The translations under genes and the position numbers were made by a program. The notes under the pieces were generated by a model. The model worked only from the letters and a program-made list of their open reading frames with translations, searched no databases and had not been told where the DNA came from. A DNA stretch of 39,843 nucleotides, taken from positions 7,674,776 to 7,714,618 of the forward strand of contig NC_057755.1 in assembly GCF_004010195.1 (NCBI RefSeq), read 5' to 3'. Source of the DNA: Chiloscyllium plagiosum (taxonomy: Eukaryota). Shown here one piece after another: positions 33,756-39,843 of this stretch (the first letter of the stretch is position 1; the number at the start of each line of letters is the position of its first letter).

Positions 33756-34339
33756 GAAATATAACAGGATCCCTATGGACTGCCAACATCAGTACAAATT
33801 ATGAATGCCACAACATGCAAAGACACGTTTGGATTGCGTGGAAGCAGGTATGTTAAGATTGAGGATTTTTGCTGTCTGTACCAATTCATCCCAGTGGCAA
33901 GAAACAAGTGAGTTGCCCAGCGCCAAAGGTGAAATCAATTAAATGTTTCCTATCTGTGCCAGGCCGTTGTAAAAGTGATTTGTTTTTAGTCCACTTCAGT
34001 GATCTGGTTGCATACTATTGCACTTTTGTCTTGCTGCATCAGCTCATTTTTTGGAAGTTGCAATGAAATCTGCTTCCACCAGCTACTCGAGGTCACAATC
34101 CACGGAGCCACAGCATTGTGACAGTGCAGAAGGAGGCTGCTCAGTCCATCAGGCCTGCATTGATTCTACCTCCTCGTGCCAATCTCCAGCCTCTTCCCCA
34201 AATCAACACACAGACAACCATCCAGTGCCTCAGTTGAAACTGCCACCACTATGTTTCCAGGCTGACCTTTCCACTCATGATGCCAGTAATTTCTTGCATC
34301 ATCCTTCCTTGATTTGCACATCAGTTTTAAATCTATAAG

Positions 34340-34488
34340 CGAAAGCGAGGACTGCAGATTAGAGTCGAGAGTGTGGTGCTGGAAAAGCACAGCATCCTGA
34401 TGAAGGGCTTTTGCCTGAAATGTCAATTCTCCTGCTCCTCAGATGCTGCCTAACCATGTTGTGCTTTTCCAGCGCCACACTCTCGACT
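34340..34488. mobile_element. Palindromic Penelope hammerhead cassette
   Basis: Inverted arms AGTCGAGAGTGTGG / CCACACTCTCGACT, with CCTGATGAAGGGCTTTTGCCTGAAATGTC inside. Flanked by a TTTTAAATC duplication. Confidence 0.8.
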
Positions 34489-35061
34489 TTTAAATCGATG
34501 CCTTCTCTCATTTGCTCCTTATAGTACATGGGAACAGCTTCTCCCTATCTACTCGAACAACCCCCACTCATGGTTTGGAAAACCTCCATCAGATCTCCTC
34601 TCAGCATCCTTCTCTTGAAGGAGAACAGTCTCAACGCTCTCCTCAGAACTGCAGTAAACCACCACGAATCACTGCAGAAGTTCACCACATTGGGTTCTCT
34701 GAAGTTAATGGTTTTAGAAAACAAAGCATTTGGACATCGGTAAAAGTTTCACCTCATTCCCGCCTATTCCAACAGTTCAAATTATCTGAACAACACAATT
34801 TTAAAAAAGTTTCATTAATCGTTTGCATTCTAAAGAAACAGCTCGAGTTATTTTTCATTTATATATTTACCGAAGTGAAAAATTTTCATCATCGCTACCA
34901 TTCTAGTCAACCTACTTAAAGATATTTGATTGTTTCTAAAGTATTTTATTTCTCTCAGAATTGGAATTGGAGTACGCTGTTCTGGAATCGTCAGCTTTAC
35001 TTTGCAATTCCCTAAATTAAAATCTTTCTCAAACTGTGACGATACGAAGAGAAGTTCTTAC

Positions 35062-35110
35062 CTCACTCGTGAGACAAAGCTGTTCGGGCAGTACAAAACA
35101 ACTTAAACTT
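35062..35110 (-). other. Candidate upstream non-coding exon of the PYD gene (5' boundary unknown)
   Basis: Consensus donor GAG/GTAAGA at 35060-35061 in unique sequence. The PYD exon has an acceptor and so needs an upstream exon. Confidence 0.35.
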
Positions 35111-35809
35111 TGTCCTTTGCAATGAAAAATCAATCCCAAATGAAAAGAAAACAAGGAATGGTGGATGCTAAAGATCTGAAACTAAGCCAGAAATCACTAG
35201 AGAAACTCTGCAGGTCTGGCAGCATCTGTGCAGAGAGAGCAGAGTGAATGTTTTGAGGCCAGCGACCCTTCTTTAGAACACGCCACCCTGCTGACCGACA
35301 GCTAGCACAGTCATTTAGAAACAGTGTTTGCAACCCTTTGAGGATGTGAGCTGTAAAAACAGCATGCTAACAAGGAAAGATGCAGCTCTGAATCAGACAT
35401 CACAGACAACGCAGAATGAAAGGAAATAAATTAGCCCTAAGGAAAATACCAGCTGATTCACTGAACGCAAAAGTTATGCTTAACCATTCGGTCGACTTAC
35501 TTGGTGGATTGCAGGATAGTGTTGACGTGGGTGATGTAATTAATGTGGATATGGACATTCAAAGGTGCATTATTGAGTAAGGTTGCAAGCTGGAATCGTG
35601 ACACCATGCGGTAACATTGATCGATCGCAGTTTGTGTGATGGGACATGCTGGCGAATGGTTCATTTAGCCTCAAGGGATAATACAATGCTGTGCTCAAAA
35701 CTCCAGGCAACCGAAGCTAATTGTCTCAAGATTAGGTACAAACTGGGTTCTTTGAAAGTTCAGTCATTCCTTCAAAGAGTAGCAGATGGTTTCAGTATCA
35801 AAGCACAGT

Positions 35810-36432
35810 CATAGAATCCCTACAGTGTGGGAGCAGGCCCTTCGGCCCAACAAGTCCACACAGCCCCATTCCCCGATTCTTTTAGGGCGGCACGGTGGCA
35901 AAGTGGTTAGCGCTGCTGTCTCACAGCGCCAGGATCCCAGGTTCAATTCCAGCCTCAGGTGACTGTGTGGAGTTTGCACATTCTCCCCGTGTCTGCGTGG
36001 GTTTCCTCCCACAATCCAAAGATGTGCAGGTCAGGTGAATAGGCCATGCTAAATTGTCCACTAGTATTAGTGTAAGGAGGGAAATGGTTCTGACTGGGTT
36101 ACTCTTTGGATGGTCAGTGTGGACTGGTTGGGTCAAAGGGCCTGTTTCCACACTGCAAGGAATCTAATCCTATTACTCCACATTTGCCCCTGACTAATGC
36201 TCCTAATCTACACATCCCCATACACCATGGACCTACACTATGTGCATGGTCAATTCACCTAACCTGCACATCTTTGGATTGTGGGAGGAAACCCATGCAG
36301 AGAGCAGAGCACACCCATGCAGACATGTGGAGAATGTGTAAACTCCACACAGATACAGTCACCCGATACTGGGATTGAATCTGGATCCCTGGTACTGTGA
36401 GGCAGCAGTGCTAATCACTGAGTCACCATGCC
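35810..36432. mobile_element. Nested HE1 SINEs (plus copy 35885-36170 inside a minus copy)
   Basis: Minus-strand tail at 35810-35875 and minus-strand body at 36170-36432 flank a complete plus copy. Confidence 0.8.
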
Positions 36433-36699
36433 AGTCCTGGCATACAACCGCAGCATTAAACAAGCAGTGAATTGAAGAGTCTCTACTCGTCTGCTGATGT
36501 ACTTAGGGACAATACTGAGGTAGTGCCACACTTCTGAGAGGAAGTCTTTCAGTTCGAAATGAGTCCATGATCCAACTTCAAAAGCAGACCCAAATATGAG
36601 AACAAAATTACAACTGTGGAAAAATGTTGCTGTGCTGCGTAACTGTCCTGTAACACTTCAACTGGTTTCATTTTATATTTCTCTTTGCAAATATAACTA

Positions 36700-37030
36700 G
36701 ATTTATAAAATCATGACTGGCATAGATAGGGTGAATGGTAGTTCTCTTTTTTCCCCAGGTTTGGGGGTTTGAAGACTAGGGGGCACATTTTTCAGGTGAA
36801 AGGAGCAAGATTTTAAAAAGACATAAGGCCCACTGTTTATACCCAGAGAGTGGTTTGTGTGCAGAAGGAACACCAGAGGAAGTGCTGGTTACAGGTACAG
36901 TTACAATGTGTAAAAGACACTTAGATAGGTACATGAATAACAACGGTTTGGAAGCAGCTGTGATAAATTTAATTTGAGATAATGGTCAGCATGGATTAGT
37001 TAGACCAAAGGCTCTGATTCTATGACTATA
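36700..37030 (+). mobile_element. Old CR1 3' end
   Basis: TATAAAATCATGACTGGCATAGATAGGGTG...ACTAGGGGGCAC, with tail TTCTATGACTAT. Confidence 0.75.
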
Positions 37031-37117
37031 CAAAAGAGATTTTCTGGGATTGAATCTGGATCCCTGGTGCTGTGAGGCAGCAGTGCTAATCACTGAGTCA
37101 CTAATCACTGAGATTGG

Positions 37118-37412
37118 TGGGCGGCAGTGGTTAGCACTGCTGCCTCACAGTGCCGGAGACCCGGGTTCAATTCCCGCCTCAGGCGACTGACTGTGTGGAG
37201 TTTGCACGTTCTCCCCGTGCCAGCCTGGGTGCTCCGGTTTCGTCCCACAGTCCAAGGATGTGCAGGTCAGGTGAATTGACCATGCTAAATTGCCCCTAGT
37301 GTTAGGTAAGGGGTAAATGTAGGGGTATGGGTGGGTTGCGCTTCGGCGGGTCGGTGTGGGGACTTGTTGGGCCGAAGGGCCTGTTTCCACACTGTAATGT
37401 AATCTAATCTAA
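37118..37412 (+). mobile_element. HE1-type V-SINE
   Basis: Near-consensus copy with a (TAATC)n tail. Confidence 0.9.
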
Positions 37413-38014
37413 TTTCTCAACTATTTGTGAATGGTACCTTACCATCTGAAAACTGTTGGCTGTGTATTCTCTGACATTACTTCAAAACTAATTGATTGTG
37501 TGACATTTTGAGGAATGTGATTTCTAACTCTATGACTATGAGCAACAGCATGAACACAAGAAGGTCAAAAGCAACAAAATGTGAGCACAAGATGTTTTTA
37601 TTCTAAGATGATGCAACTCCTGAGTTAAAATATAAAGGTATTGCTGGAGAGGGAATCCCGAAATCGGTAAGTTTGGATTTACAAACTTAGGCAAAAATGT
37701 CACAGAGTCGAGAGTGTGGTGCTGGAAAAGCACAGCAGGTCAGGCAGCATCCAAGGAGCAGGAGAATCGAGGTTTTAGGCATTAGCCATATCACAGAGGC
37801 TGGCAATCTGAAACAAACAGAAAATGCAGGAGAAATTCAGCAGATCTGGCGGCCTTAGTGGAGAGAGGGACAGAGGGAAGATTTTGTGTCTGGGATTTTA
37901 CCTCATGGGTTTCAGGATGTGGAGTGCCCATGTATGTTTTAATCAAGTCCCTGTGTTGAATTTACGACAGCCTGCCTCAAAGACCTCAAGGTGATTTTGA
38001 GAGAACTTTGTTCA

Positions 38015-38690
38015 CAGCAGGTAGTGAAGAAAGCTAATGGCATGCTGGCCTTCATAACAAGAGGAATTGAGTATAGGAGCAAAGAGGTTCTTCTGCAGCT
38101 GCATAGGGCCCTGGTGAGACAGCACCTGGAGTATCTTGTGCAGTTTTGGTCTCCAAATTTGAGGAAGGACATTCGGGCTACTAAGGGAGTGCAGCATAGG
38201 TTCATGAGATCAATTCCCGGAATGGCGGGACTATCATATGTTGAAAGATTGGAGTGACTGGGCTTGTGTACACTTGAGTTTAGAAGGATAAAAGGGGATC
38301 TGATTGAGACATATAAGATTATTAAAGGATTGGACACTCTGGAGGCAGGAAGCACGTTTCCGCTAATGGGTCAGTCCAGAACCAGAGGACACAGTTTAAA
38401 AATAAGGGATAGGCCATTTAGAACAGAGTTGGGGCGAAACTTCTTCACCCAGAGAGTGGTGGATATATGGAATGCTCTGCCCCAGAAGGCAGTGGAGGCC
38501 AAATCTCTGGTTAATTTCAAGAAAGAGATGGATAGAACTCTTAAAGATATTGGAATCAAACGTTATGGGGATAAGGCAGGAACAGGATACTGATTGTGGA
38601 TGATCAGCCATGATCATAATGAATGGTGGTGCTAGCTCAACGGGCCAAATGGCCTACTCCTGCACCTATTGTCTATTTTCTATTTTCTAT
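38015..38690 (+). mobile_element. CR1 LINE 3' end
   Basis: VKKANGMLAFITRGIEYRSKEVLLQLHRALVRQHLEYLVQFWSP and RNFFTQRVVDIWNALP, with tail GGCCTACTCCTGCACCTATTGTCTAT. Confidence 0.9.
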
Positions 38691-39017
38691 TGCTGTAACG
38701 GCTCACCAGATCGATTTCCCCGATGAAGTCTTTCTTTCTGCTTTTTACGAAATGTGTGCCAGATAGGTGCGTTGTCTCAGTTATGTTTATATGATTAGTG
38801 CACAGGTAAAGCTCGACGAAGGAATCTTCAATTTTCATATTCACCTTGCCAGAATAGCTTCTTCCCTGCTATTACCAGACTTTTGAACGGACGTCTCATA
38901 TGTTAAAGTTGATCTCCCTCTGCTCATTCTCCGTAGCTGTAACACTATATTCTGCATTGTATTCTATTATTTTGATGTAAGTCTTTAAGTGTCACATCAC
39001 TGGTTCCTTATTTCTAA

Positions 39018-39843
39018 AACCAAAAGAGAAAATGCTGGAAAATCTCAGCCGGTCTGGCAGCATCTGTAAAGAGAGAAAAGAGGTGACGTTTCAAGTCTAA
39101 CTGATCCTTTGTCAAAGCTAAAGAAAAAGGGAGAAATAGGGAGGTATTTATACCAGGCTGAGGGAAGGTGAGTCATGGCTCCAGAAGCAAAGGTAGCAAT
39201 AAAGAAATGATAGTGACAGTGCATAGAGAGATTATAGGTTGATTAGGAGCTGTGAATGACCAAGGCTGAAGCCAGTGCTATGTGACAAAATATGTGGGGG
39301 ATGGGGGGGAAATGGGTGAAGCAGAGGCAAAATGGAAAACAGAGGATAAGGGCAGCAAAGGGGGGAGAGGAGAGGAAAAAGGTGATGAGAGAGTGGGGAG
39401 CGAGAGAAAGAGAGACAATCAAGAAATAAGAGGTACAGAACAGTGAAAAATAATTTTAAAAAGATAAATAAAATAAATGAAATAAAATTACGGAGCAGAA
39501 TGAAAACAGAGGGGTCGAGATGGGATAATCATCTGAAGTTGTTGAATTCAGTGTTGAGACCGACAGGCTGTAACGTGCCTGGTCGGCAGATGAGATGCTG
39601 TTCCTCCAGTTTGCGTTGAGCTTCACTGGAACATCGCAGCAGGCCAGGACAGACATGTGGGTATGGAAGCAGGATTGGGTGTTGAAGTGGCAAGCCACTG
39701 GAAGGTCCGGGACCTGATTGCGTACAGGCCGAAGGTGCTCAGCAAAGCAATCACCCAGTCAGCGTTTTGTCTCTCCGATATGGAGGAGACCACATTGGGA
39801 GCAACGAATGCAATAGACCAAATTGAAAGAGGTACAAGTGAAA
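39018..39843 (-). mobile_element. Penelope-like element 3' part (EN domain plus pseudo-LTR), continues beyond the window
   Basis: Minus strand encodes YIGETKR.L..CFAEHL, PVACHFN and LEEQHLICR..TLQPVGLNTEFNNF (GIY-YIG region). Confidence 0.85.

Noticed and set aside
35118..35152. GAAA-rich ISRE-like motif near the putative first exon
   Set aside because: The spacing does not fit GAAANNGAAA and it overlaps the end of a Penelope fragment.
1797..37790. Dispersed near-identical short repeats as a CRISPR-like array
   Set aside because: Eukaryotic context, no regular repeat-spacer periodicity, and fully explained by SINE and Penelope copies.

Overview
Vertebrate, repeat-rich genomic DNA, most likely an elasmobranch (shark): it is full of HE1-type V-SINEs, CR1 LINEs, Rex1 LINEs and Penelope-like elements. 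It has one 693-bp N gap (13228-13920). Nearly all ORF-track entries are transposon fragments. Hidden among them is a multi-exon minus-strand gene spanning almost the whole window. It has an intact pyrin-domain (PYD) exon (29965-30207), several candidate linker exons (one contains DELD/G) and four intact phase-0 exons (22610-22723, 19599-19655, 18069-18170, 522-638). These four splice into an MS4A/CD20-like four-transmembrane domain. The PYD exon and the first TM exon are in the same phase, so a PYD-MS4A fusion (a membrane-anchored pyrin-domain protein) is the most interesting candidate here. The last intron holds a decayed class I endogenous retrovirus (about 1726-9816; gag MA, RT, RNase H, IN, env, two LTRs). 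Many short, often palindromic Penelope-derived cassettes carry minimal hammerhead-ribozyme motifs, including one at the same position in both retroviral LTRs. All calls were made by eye without searches, and repeat boundaries are approximate.
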